Assembly (NCBI GenBank): GCA_964035545.1
Contig: OZ037765.1
Span: 33,479,504-33,543,503, forward strand
Origin: Bugula neritina
Taxonomy: Eukaryota; Animalia; Bryozoa
Direction of reading: 5' to 3'
Length of the DNA: 64,000 bases
Shown piece by piece: positions 39,101-48,200 of this stretch; the first letter of the stretch is position 1; each line of letters begins with the position of its first letter. The notes beneath the pieces are model-generated. The model was not told where the DNA came from and searched no databases. It saw only the letters and a list, made by a program, of their open reading frames with translations. The translations under genes and the position numbers were made by a program.

Positions 39101-40782
39101 TCTATATTTTACACAAGCAAGACCTTTGAGTACTAAGAGTACAGCAATACTGAGACATAACCTGAGGCCCTTGTTTCTTCAGACCAAGAATACAAGGCTA
39201 AACTTAGAAGTGCTCAAAGATATATGTAAACAAACAGATCATATGTTTAATGTGTTTTACTGTAATTTCCAGTTACACGAAACTCTCACTCACTTACGCA
39301 ATTTTATAGTCACTATCCCTGTGAGAAACCCCTGATGGAAAGGATTTTTGTTAGAATGAGCTAAGGACTTATTTAGACGAGACACAGGACCAATTATGAC
39401 TGGATGCTCTTCCTAACATCACCAATGGCTTTTGTCGGGGTTTGAACCCATGACTTTGTGTGCACAAAGCAAACGTTTTAACCCCTAGACCACGGCTGCT
39501 CCCTTCCAGTTACATGAAGGTGCTATGTTAAACTTACAATTTGTTTTTTTGTACTTTTGAACAGTGTATGACATATTTTTATTATTATATCATTAATTCA
39601 ATGAAACTTTAAACATACATACAATATGTGACAAGTTATATACCATACTTCATGTATGAGTGTATAGCTTAGTTCCTCTCTTATAGCAGACAACTGAAAA
39701 ACTTCCAGTTGAAAACACTTTGACTATGATATTAAGACTAGGGGACACATTCTGTAGGTAGGATAGCTTGCTATATCTACCTGAATGGCTGTAAGTATAC
39801 TGATATACATACCTGAATAATTGTAAGTACACTGATATACGTACCTGAATAACTGTAAGTACACTGATATATGTACCTGAATAACTGTAAGTATACTGAT
39901 ATACTTACCTGAATAACTGTAAGTATACTAATATACCTACCTGAATAACTGTAAGTATATTGGTAGTATTGAAGCTGTCTGACACGGGAGGAAGTGCTGA
40001 TATAGATTGCCTCAACTTCTGTAAGAGCGAGCAGTAAGTTTTACCTGACCTTAACATCAGTATCTGATCTTCTACCACCGAGTCTCCAATCCTAAAAGCA
40101 CAAGAAAATAGAATTGGGGCTACAAAAATGCAGCTTAAATTGAAAGTCGCTAGAAGTATTATCAAGTTGATGGTCACTGAGGGAATTTGTTGGGGGAGTC
40201 TTGAATTTGGTATTTATCCAAGTTCTGCACTCAGTAACCCGCAACTCTGTGCTGCTCCTAGAAATATTCGATTTATGCTGCATTTGTGATTTTTATGGTT
40301 TTCAAGGTTAGTGGCCTATCTATCAGTATAGTCAAGAAGTAACAGTAAGTGGAGACCAGCATAAAATCGTAGTAAATGTTTACGAGTTCACTGCAAATAC
40401 CAAATTTCTATGAAACTACAAACACAAAAAAAATAGAAATATACCTACTAGGAATAAATAATATTAAATCATTTTTCAAGCTTTACAAATATTTCAGAAG
40501 GTAGACCTACCACAGAGAGGCTCTGGTCGTATCGTAATCTAAATCAGCGTGTTTCAAGAGAGTAACTAGAAACTGTTCAGTATATCCACCTGTCAGCAGG
40601 TTCTCACAGGGGAGGAGTAGAATGGCGATCTCCCGATTCAACCCGCTGTCGCTCGGACTCGTCATTTGACGTAGCTTCCAGCTGACGTCATTCATCTTCA
40701 GAGCTATGTCGCTGTCCATGACTTGCTGACTAGCGTGTAGGAGAATGCCACACACCAGCAGACGGATGTGAACTCCCTTCAT
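3163..40782 (-). CDS. SVEP1: SVEP1/polydom-like sushi, vWA, EGF and pentraxin domain-containing secreted protein (about 4066 aa, 51 coding exons)
   Basis: Phase-consistent exons: 40782-40511, 40091-39941, 38174-37775, 37303-37160, 36786-36614, 33673-33496, 32963-32862, 31995-31723, 31036-30798, 30540-30267, 29812-29621, 29242-28959, 28532-28382, 27838-27680, 27264-27091, 25425-25258, 24578-24426, 23892-23765, 23404-23103, 22905-22748, 21826-21628, 21078-20906, 20228-19989, 19468-19301, 18993-18823, 18353-18206, 17841-17703, 17111-16889, 16588-16394, 16277-16116, 15741-15616, 15231-15052, 14641-13483, 13391-13218, 12823-12654, 12567-11781, 11546-11373, 11276-11107, 10753-10005, 9877-9646, 9461-9320, 9105(or 9129)-8340, 8057-7879, 7355-7216, 6912-6733, 6320-6192, 5660-5492, 5087-4951, 4652-4461, 3835-3668, 3347-3163; sum 12201 nt. 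Domain order vWA-like / Cys-rich / CCP / HYR x2 / ephrin-rec-like (CPVGYYQ, CERGFYQ) / Ca-binding EGF (DVDEC) / pentraxin ([16 protein letters not shown]) / CCP array is the SVEP1 architecture. Confidence 0.9.
3888..3953. repeat. (TG)n microsatellite
   Basis: Direct reading of the sequence. Confidence 0.95.
7620..7668 (+). mobile_element. 3' fragment of the same SINE family
   Basis: ctttagcc...aaaaactctttccatcaggggttctcacaggga matches the tail at 36422-36470. Confidence 0.5.
10412..13953 (-). repeat. Intragenic tandem duplication of a 377-codon (about 6 CCP) unit in SVEP1
   Basis: Exons 13391-13218 and 11546-11373 differ at about 6 of 174 nt; 12567-12240 matches 10753-10425; 13945-13483 matches 12244-11781. 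Junction peptide V(A/V)CD(P/S)IQCP occurs three times. Confidence 0.9.
19989..21826 (-). other. Pentraxin domain exons of the SVEP1-like gene (3 exons)
   Basis: Motifs ISLWLK...[18 protein letters not shown]...[19 protein letters not shown]...[12 protein letters not shown]. Confidence 0.9.
20655..20920. repeat. 45-bp minisatellite (about 5.5 copies) containing the SVEP1 exon-22 donor
   Basis: Unit cacctgatatagcagtatactgactgtatagtatataaggtacat; donor-equivalent positions 20859, 20814, 20769, 20724, 20679. Confidence 0.95.
22071..22366. repeat. 34-35-bp intronic minisatellite (about 8.5 copies)
   Basis: Unit ttgacctacttctctcacagtacatgctgaca(c). Confidence 0.95.
22902..23012. repeat. 33-bp degenerate repeat (about 3.5 copies) containing the SVEP1 exon-20 acceptor
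   Basis: Unit acacctgtaacacagtgtcatacatagatgcac. Confidence 0.85.
24585..25222. repeat. 20-bp minisatellite (about 32 copies) filling most of an SVEP1 intron
   Basis: Unit tacatacacacagtagatac. Confidence 0.97.
25943..27097. repeat. 28-bp minisatellite (41 copies) containing the SVEP1 exon-15 donor
   Basis: Unit actcacgtctgcaactacagactataat; period 28 holds from 25971 to 27091. Confidence 0.98.
28190..28303 (-). mobile_element. Diverged copy of the same SINE family
   Basis: Plus-strand caattatgactgaatgcccttc...gggatttgaacc...taacctctagaccaaggctgctcc parallels 39390-39502. Confidence 0.6.
29910..30026. repeat. 18-bp intronic minisatellite (about 6 copies)
   Basis: Unit aacatcaggtccagcccc. 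Confidence 0.9.
30267..31036 (-). other. Two HYR domain exons of the SVEP1-like gene
   Basis: [14 protein letters not shown]...[14 protein letters not shown]...ARCYFFVN and [11 protein letters not shown]...[26 protein letters not shown]. Confidence 0.85.
31347..31553. repeat. 21-bp intronic minisatellite (about 10 copies)
   Basis: Unit catctgtctacatgacacacc. Confidence 0.93.
32013..32150. repeat. 16-bp intronic minisatellite (about 8 copies) next to an acceptor
   Basis: Unit caacagatgaatgtgt. Confidence 0.92.
32517..32878. repeat. 26-bp minisatellite (14 copies) containing the SVEP1 exon-7 donor
   Basis: Unit actcaccttggttacaagtaaacatg; period 26 from 32524 to 32862. Confidence 0.97.
33675..36026. 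repeat. 32-bp minisatellite (about 73 copies, 2.35 kb) abutting the SVEP1 exon-6 acceptor
   Basis: Unit aatataatacacactttaatactaactctatg. Confidence 0.98.
36300..36485 (+). mobile_element. tRNA-derived SINE copy (5'-truncated)
   Basis: Reverse complement of 39303-39488; shares an identical core CCATTGGTGATGTTAGGAAGAGCATCCAGTCATAATTG. Confidence 0.75.
37311..37447. repeat. About 2-copy direct repeat (about 60-70 bp) beside the exon-4 acceptor
   Basis: tactgtgagacgttactatagagagcagagta and tagtaatagactgtgg each occur twice. Confidence 0.75.
38639..38836. repeat. GA-rich polypurine low-complexity tract
   Basis: About 200 nt of only G and A on the plus strand. Confidence 0.95.
39303..39502 (-). 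mobile_element. tRNA-derived SINE, near full-length copy
   Basis: Minus strand starts GGAGCAGCCGTGGTCTAGGGGTT (A-box-like) ... GGGTTCAAACCCC (B-box-like). About 83% identical, without gaps, to the inverted copy at 36300-36485. Confidence 0.75.
39772..39959. repeat. 32-bp minisatellite (6 copies) containing the SVEP1 exon-2 donor
   Basis: Core tacctgaataactgtaagta(c/t)actgatata; donor-equivalent positions 39941, 39909, 39877, 39845, 39813, 39781. Confidence 0.95.
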
Positions 40783-41807
40783 TGTACTGAACTATCACTA
40801 CCAGCCTAGTATAACTGAAGGGGCCATGAAGATAGTACTATTACACAATATTAAGAATCTCTTGTGTGCCATGATGAGTCTGTATAACATCACTGAGTAT
40901 TAAGCATACAGAGAGTGTAGGATGTGTGAAACCCTCACAGCCAATAAACTTATTAATTCCACAAATTTAAAACACATGATCTATGACTGGGAATATTAAC
41001 GGTCAAGGGTCAAAGGTTAATCAATCTACACACTAATTTAGTTTAGATACCTGACAATACTCCAGCATCAGTTTACATGCAGGATCACGAAATTCAATGC
41101 TTTCCAAATAGACTGAATAAAAAGAACATGCATGTTATGCCAGTAAGTGATTCCAGGATGCTGCAGTTTGTTAACTTTTAAACTCACAGACAAGATGTTG
41201 TGAACAAAAAGAAGTTAATTTATTCAAAGATTGAAAATACAAAATGTCAACAGGAAATATTTTCAGAAAATATATTATGTTATACATTTATTGGTACTAA
41301 GTAAGTATTTAGAAAATAAATAAAGGTGGGGCTCTATGAAAGGCACACAAATGTTGAAGTATGCATAAGTGCTTAGGAGGCCAAGCGAATCAAATTGTTG
41401 GTAAACATTTGATGAACTAGCCAAATAGCAGAAAAACATAATCAAGATATAAGTTTTATATACAACACAGGAAGGGTGGGCACACAGTACCCCCCACCCC
41501 GTTTTGTGTTAAGATATCACACTAACTTTACAGAATCTATTATTTTAGCTGAAGGCTGCTTTTCTAGTTTATGAAACGAAAATCTGACTCCAAATACTAA
41601 ACTAAACCTTTCGTTAGGCATGAAAAGCTGACTATAACAGATCTACATAATTGCTATAAATTTCTATATAATTAGAAAATAAGTCTATTTTTAGAGAGCA
41701 TCTTTAGATACCAAAACTGTGCCTACATACTTTACTGTAGAATGATCCTGTGAAATATTGTCAGAAAGCTAAATTAAATCTTACTTGGGCAAAAAGAGAG
41801 TGGTTAG

Positions 41808-42001
41808 TGTACTGTATGACCTGGAATAAACCTACTAGTCTACTTATGTACTGTATAACCTGGAATAAACCTACTAGTCTACTTATGTACTGTATAACCT
41901 GGAATAAAACTACTAGTCTACTTATGTACTGTATAACCTGGAATAAACCAACCAGTCAACTTATGTACTGTATAACCTGGAATAAACCTACTAGTCTACT
42001 T
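41808..42001. repeat. 39-bp minisatellite (5 copies) in the probable GMCL1 3'UTR
   Basis: Unit gtactgtataacctggaataaacctactagtctacttat. Confidence 0.93.
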
Positions 42002-42245
42002 GAACTACATAATAATTTCATAGATGGTAGGTGCTATACAGAACTCTGTAAACTACCTTATTTGTTCGGCTGTGTATTTAAGTACAATGAAACAATCACA
42101 ATGATTGGACGAGGACTGAAGACTGTTCTCACAGCCATAAAGTCAGTTCTGGGGATACCTGAGAAAGCCCGCTGTAAAACAGATTGCCTTGGTTCTGAGG
42201 CAATATTTTTGATCACCAAAAGCTAAGCCCGTGTATGAGTAAAGT

Positions 42246-45200
42246 TTAGAGGTCAGAGTCCACGTCTCCAGTGGAGGCAGCACCTTCAGAGCTGCCGACA
42301 GAAGATGGCGAGGGTGATGCCGGAGAGTCAGCACGACCAGTAACGTCACACTGACTGCTGTCAACATCTGTGCAGGAAGTGGAGGCGATGGCGGTGACAG
42401 ATTTCCTCCTCCGACGACAAGACCGACAGTGGGTGTGGGGGAGGCGGATGTTGAGGAGGTTAGGGAGAGAGTCCGACAGTTTGGGGGTTATATACAGTAG
42501 ATTTAGGGCTACTCTCAGAGGCATCGTAGCCTTCCTGTCCACTGACAATGCCAGCACTTGCTACAAGAGAATACAACTTCTCATTAGCGTATCCAGCCGA
42601 GTGTTAATATGCTAACAGTGGTCTTGTAGAAGTTATACTATAAATATTACGAGTTAAAATTCCCAATAACTTTGTAACAATATCACTAGATCAAAGAGAC
42701 AGACAGACAGACACATAACAATAAATAACTGCATTGAAATATACTAATAATTTCAATGTCACAGCATACCGTTTACGCCAAGTCTATGTAAAAGTGTAAA
42801 TAAAAAAAATATTTGAGTTTTCTTCCTAATTGAAGCGGCCAACATTTCCTACGAGGCTTCGAAAACAGTAAACAGAGAATTTTGGATACGAGAAGTCTCC
42901 TGTTCATATTATAAAAGGAGGGGCCTATAGATACCCTCAAAGCTCAATTAAATAACAAAACCTAAGGCTATTAAATGAGAACAAGTACATTAACCGGGCT
43001 AGGTGCCAAGAAGGTTTGAGGGCACAAAAAAAGAATAAACTTGACTAATAAATAAACCACAATAAGCTTACCCCATCTTTTTCAAAGTCTGTGGTGACAA
43101 CTCCGCTAGTCTTGGTATACGTGACCTGACCAAGGTCATTCAAACAGCTGACTGTAACCTTGAACATGACATACCTTCGAGACTGAGTAGAGAGGAGACG
43201 ATTGTGACTGCTGCTATTCCTCTTCAAGATTATAGTCCTGGTAAAAAACCAGCACCACTTATTGAACACTGACGCCCTTACCTGCAGTATCTACCTGCCT
43301 TACTTGTGTCTGATATTCAGTCATTTAAGTTTTGTTGTATAGATGCACATTTATCTGCTCAAAATTTTCAAATTATTCCAGCGCACAACTAGTAGAAGTA
43401 AGACAAATCTAACTCTGTTACAACTGAGGCAACGCTGTAAACTAAGCAGCAAAATAACCACAGATATTTTAATTCATCAAATAACTTATCACATGTCTTA
43501 GCAGTTGGTATTGGTTTGACAATTTTAAACAAAATAATTTCTACACATGGTAGAAAAGTCAAATTATAATAAATTCAATTCTATACGAGATGTAAAAGTC
43601 TCAATTCAATATTTTCTAAGTCAGGCCGTAAGTTGATATGTAATTTTCATTAACCATAAAAACGACAAAACTTTATTGTAGCGGTGATTTGATAATTTTA
43701 GCAATTTCAAAGTGAGACATTTTTGAATGGTAGCCGGAGTCACTTCGTAAAGCACAACTTAGCAAACTAAACAGATACAGAATACTACTATGCTATAGCA
43801 GCTACAGAATACTACTATGCTATAGCAGCTACAGAACACTACTATGCTATAGCACCTACAGAGTACTACTATGCTATAGCACCTACAGAACACTACTATG
43901 CTATAGCACCTACAGAATACTACTATGCTATAGCACCTACAGAACACTACTATGCTATAGCACCTACAGAATACTACTATGCTATAGCAGTGACAGAATA
44001 CTACTATGCTATAGCAGCTAGAGAATACTACTATGCTATAGCAGCTAGAGAATACTACTATGCTATAGCATCTACAGAGTACTACTATGCTATAGCACCT
44101 ACAGAGTACTACTATGCTATAGCACCTACAGAATACTACTATACTATAACAGTTACAGAATACTACTATGCTATAGCGCCTACGTATTACATAGCAAAGA
44201 AGATATACTCAGCCAATCACCTGCCAGTGTAGGTTACGACGAGGTCTACACCATAGTTGAATCCAATCCATCTCCACTGATGCTGTAAAACCACAACAAG
44301 ACGTAAATATCCAACAATAGACTGACCTGTGACTTGTGATTCAATAAACAGTTTATATACACATTATTAGATAACTTTAAAACGGAAATTTAGCGTTTTC
44401 CAAGAAGTTTAGCATATGAAAAGTGAGGACAACTCTAAAGAGATGAAAATATTATGCAACTACCTCAGTATCTCGGTTTAGAACTCGGGCACAGCGTAAA
44501 GACTGTTGGTTAAAGACGCCCTCCTCTACCTCCTCCTTCTTAGGGCTGAACATAAAAGCAGAAGACAGAAATATTAGAGTTAGTTAGTGCTGTATAGACA
44601 ATATAGCACTCTGCACTGAGAGAGGATAACTTCAGGTTTATTACGCTTCATGCTGAAATAATATTTATAGCAGTAGAAACATTCAAAGGAAAACTTTTCT
44701 ATTCAAGTCATGAGATGAAAACACAGACCAGATTTAAACGGCAGCTAAAATTAAGATAGTAGCTTAAAACGACCCGAAATGAGCAAAATCTTTAAAAAAT
44801 TGGACTGCAATGGTAGATGAAAAGCTAGTTGTTTATCCCTTCACCCATAATATAATAGTAATATGTAATAGTAATACAATAGTAATATAATAGTAATTTA
44901 TAATAGTAGTATAACAGTAACATAATAATAATATAACAGTAATATAATATTAATTTATAATAGTAATATAATAGTAACATAATAATAATAATATAACAGT
45001 AATATAATAGTAATATAATATAATAATACTATATTAATATAATAGTAGTATAATAGTAATATAATGATAAGATAATAGTAATATAATAGTAATATAATAG
45101 TAATATATAATAATGATATATTAGTAATTATGTCTCTTAAACAGCTGAACACAATGAAGCAACTGAAAGACTCACATACAGATGATGTAACATATTATTA

Positions 45201-48200
45201 TGTACATAGAATCAGTTACTGCATGTGAAGACGACACTCACCCTAACTCTTCACCTTGCTCTACTCTCAGCATTGTCATCCACTGAGCTTTAAAGTATGG
45301 CATCAGCCACTCTGAAACAGCACGTATAGTCATTCAGAACATGCACGGCTAAACATACATACAGTGTTATTTTTTATTCCAACTGAGCATTAAACTTTAC
45401 ACAATCTTCTGATTACAAACACAGTTAAAACTGTGTGATTTTAGCAAAATTCAGTTATTCAGTTAAGAACATCTCCGTGTATTTTTCAAAATATATTACA
45501 ACAAAATCATATATTATATCAAATAGGTATATGATATTATATAATATATGGCTTTACGTATTTTATAAAATATCAAGAGAGCAGCTGTGGTTTAGTAGTT
45601 AACTCTACGGCAGTGTTTTACATGTGTATCATATCATATGTATTATATCTGACTAGCGCCAGCAAACTTTTCAACTAATAATATTCAACACTTTGTGGGA
45701 AAAAAGAGAAAAAACAACTACAGAAATTCATCCAAATACCAAACTCTTTACAAGACACACAGCATGACAGAAAACCTTGACACCACTATCTCACATCTAC
45801 CTTGACACCACTTCCTCACATCTACCTTGACACCACTTGCTCACAGTTACCTTGACACCACTATCTCACAGCTACCTTGACACCACTTGCTCACATCTAC
45901 CTTGACACCACTTTCTCACTTCTACCTTGACACCACTTGCTCACAGTTACCTTGACACCACTATCTCACAGCTACCTTGACACCACTTGCTCACATCTAC
46001 CTTGACACCACTTGCTCACAACTACCTTGACACCACTTGCTCACAACTACCTTGACAGCACTATCTCACAACTACCTTGACACCACTTGCTCACAATTAC
46101 CTTGACACCACTATCTCACAACTACCTTGACACCACTATCTCACAACTACCTTGACACCACTTGCTCACAACTACCTTGACACCACTTGCTCACAACTAC
46201 CTTGACAGCACTATCTCACAACTACCTTGACACCACTTGCTCACAACTACCTTGATACCACTTGCTCACAGCTACCTTGACACCACCTGCTCACAGCTAC
46301 CTTGACACCACCTGCTCACAGCTACCTTGACATCACCTGCTCACATCTACTCACTCTATACACAACAGATAAATATACACTCATGCAGATAACAGGATGC
46401 AGTGACCAGTACCTTTGGGTAAAAGTCTGTCTTTGAGCAGAGTGTTGGTGGACGTCAAGTCAACGAGGATGTGCTGTAACCTGAGAGTGGCGAACACACA
46501 CTTGTACTTCCTTCCGCACTTCGTCTCCAGATATGACCTTGAAGAGCCTCTTCCAAACTCTACACAACAGAGTTAGAACAGAGGCTACACAGAAGAGTGA
46601 GAACAGAGGCTACACAAAAGATTTAGAACAGAGGCTACACAGAAGAGTTAGAACAGAGGCTACACAGAAGAGTTAAAACACAGGCTACACAGTAGAGTTA
46701 GAACACAGGCTACACAAAAGAGTTAGAACAGAGGCTATATGAAGGTTCATTACAGGCTATGTGCAGTCTGAGTGTATTGCTCCTTATGAAAATGTAAACA
46801 TTTATCATATCGATGTATCTGTGGTGTTGGTAAGGTGATATTTATACTAATCTAGTCACAAACAAGACTTAGAGTGTTTACAGTCACTGAGAAGGAGGGT
46901 TACAATGTAGAGAGAACTAAAATGACAATGACCGATGTGGAACAGATAAACTATGAAATAAAAATGAAATAAATGGGATCACGGTTTGACACGTCTACAG
47001 TATAGTAAGCACGAAGGAAATTCAAGACAGAGAAAGTAATTTTCTAACTAAAAGTGAATAAAAACTACAAAATGGCATTTAAAAACACAAAGATGACTCA
47101 GAACTGCAATGCTGTAGCATCACATCGCCATGGTTACAGGAGAGTGACCTTTACCTTGTCTAACAGCCTCCTTGAAGTGTGCGTCAGCCTGCTTAGTCAG
47201 CTCCTTCCTGTAACTGCCACTCCAGCCCGGGACTAACTGTAGAAACAGCCACTGAAATACGGCAACAGAGCTGATACAGTAAGTATACAGTATTACAGAC
47301 TCGGTAGCTCCGTATCAATACATCTCACGGAATTGATGAATTGAAAGTAGCAGACGAATAAGTTGTTCACATTTTTAGTATTATCATTTGGATTTCAATT
47401 CGGAGAATTAACTATTCATGGATAGCATAAAATACTATTAGATAATAGACCACATTTGAATTTATGCAGATAAATGCAAAAATTTATTTGCATATATATT
47501 TTAAAAGCTACCAAAAACTTCATTTTACATAATATGCACACTCTGAAAATAGTTATTTACCCTTTTAAGGAGATTGTAGACGTCCATTTCTACTTGCATA
47601 ACAAAAAGATCAGGTGATTCAATGAGTTGCTGGAGAAGCTGTGAGCTATACAAAATAGGAGATAACTCCAGTAACGAAACTATAAATTATGATACATGGG
47701 GACCACAACTCTAGTATCAATGATCACAAATAACAAAATTAAAGTGACATTCACATAGGTAACTTGGAGAAAAGATAACTCCAATAATGATACAACTCAG
47801 AGCTGTGACACATAGAGAACACAACTCCAGTAACAATGATCAAAGATACAATAACTTGAGTGACATTTAGAAAAAGATATTGTGGAGGTAGTGCAGCTGA
47901 CCTGATGTGTTTGAGTAATGTCTTGGTCTGTTTGTACATTATGTTATTCTCAAACCACTTGAAACACGCTGCTGTTACTAGGGTCAGCCCGTACGTCACG
48001 GAACACTCGTAGTATTCACACACTGTGTTCATTCTGAATAAATATAGTGAGATAATCTTAGCTATTCTATATAGAGTTGTCATACTTTGTCATACATGGG
48101 CAGACAACTTACAATTGTACAATCCTTTGTGTTAGTTGAATCTATAGCCTGTTTTTATAGAGTAATAAAATAAAATTAAATCTGCCAGTTATAGTATAAA

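Noticed and set aside
39420-39502. Functional tRNA gene
   Set aside because: A/B boxes are present, but I cannot fold a convincing cloverleaf, and it continues into a body shared with diverged dispersed copies, so it is a SINE head.
41750-42226. 158-aa plus-strand ORF
   Set aside because: Driven by the 39-bp repeat, GTG start, antisense to the GMCL1 3'UTR, no recognisable domain. The AATAAA in the unit is on the wrong strand to serve GMCL1.
43759-45152. CRCYSIVVF, EYYYAIAPT and Tyr/Ile/Leu-rich ORFs
   Set aside because: Translations of the 27-bp repeat and the AT-rich tract inside GMCL1 introns.
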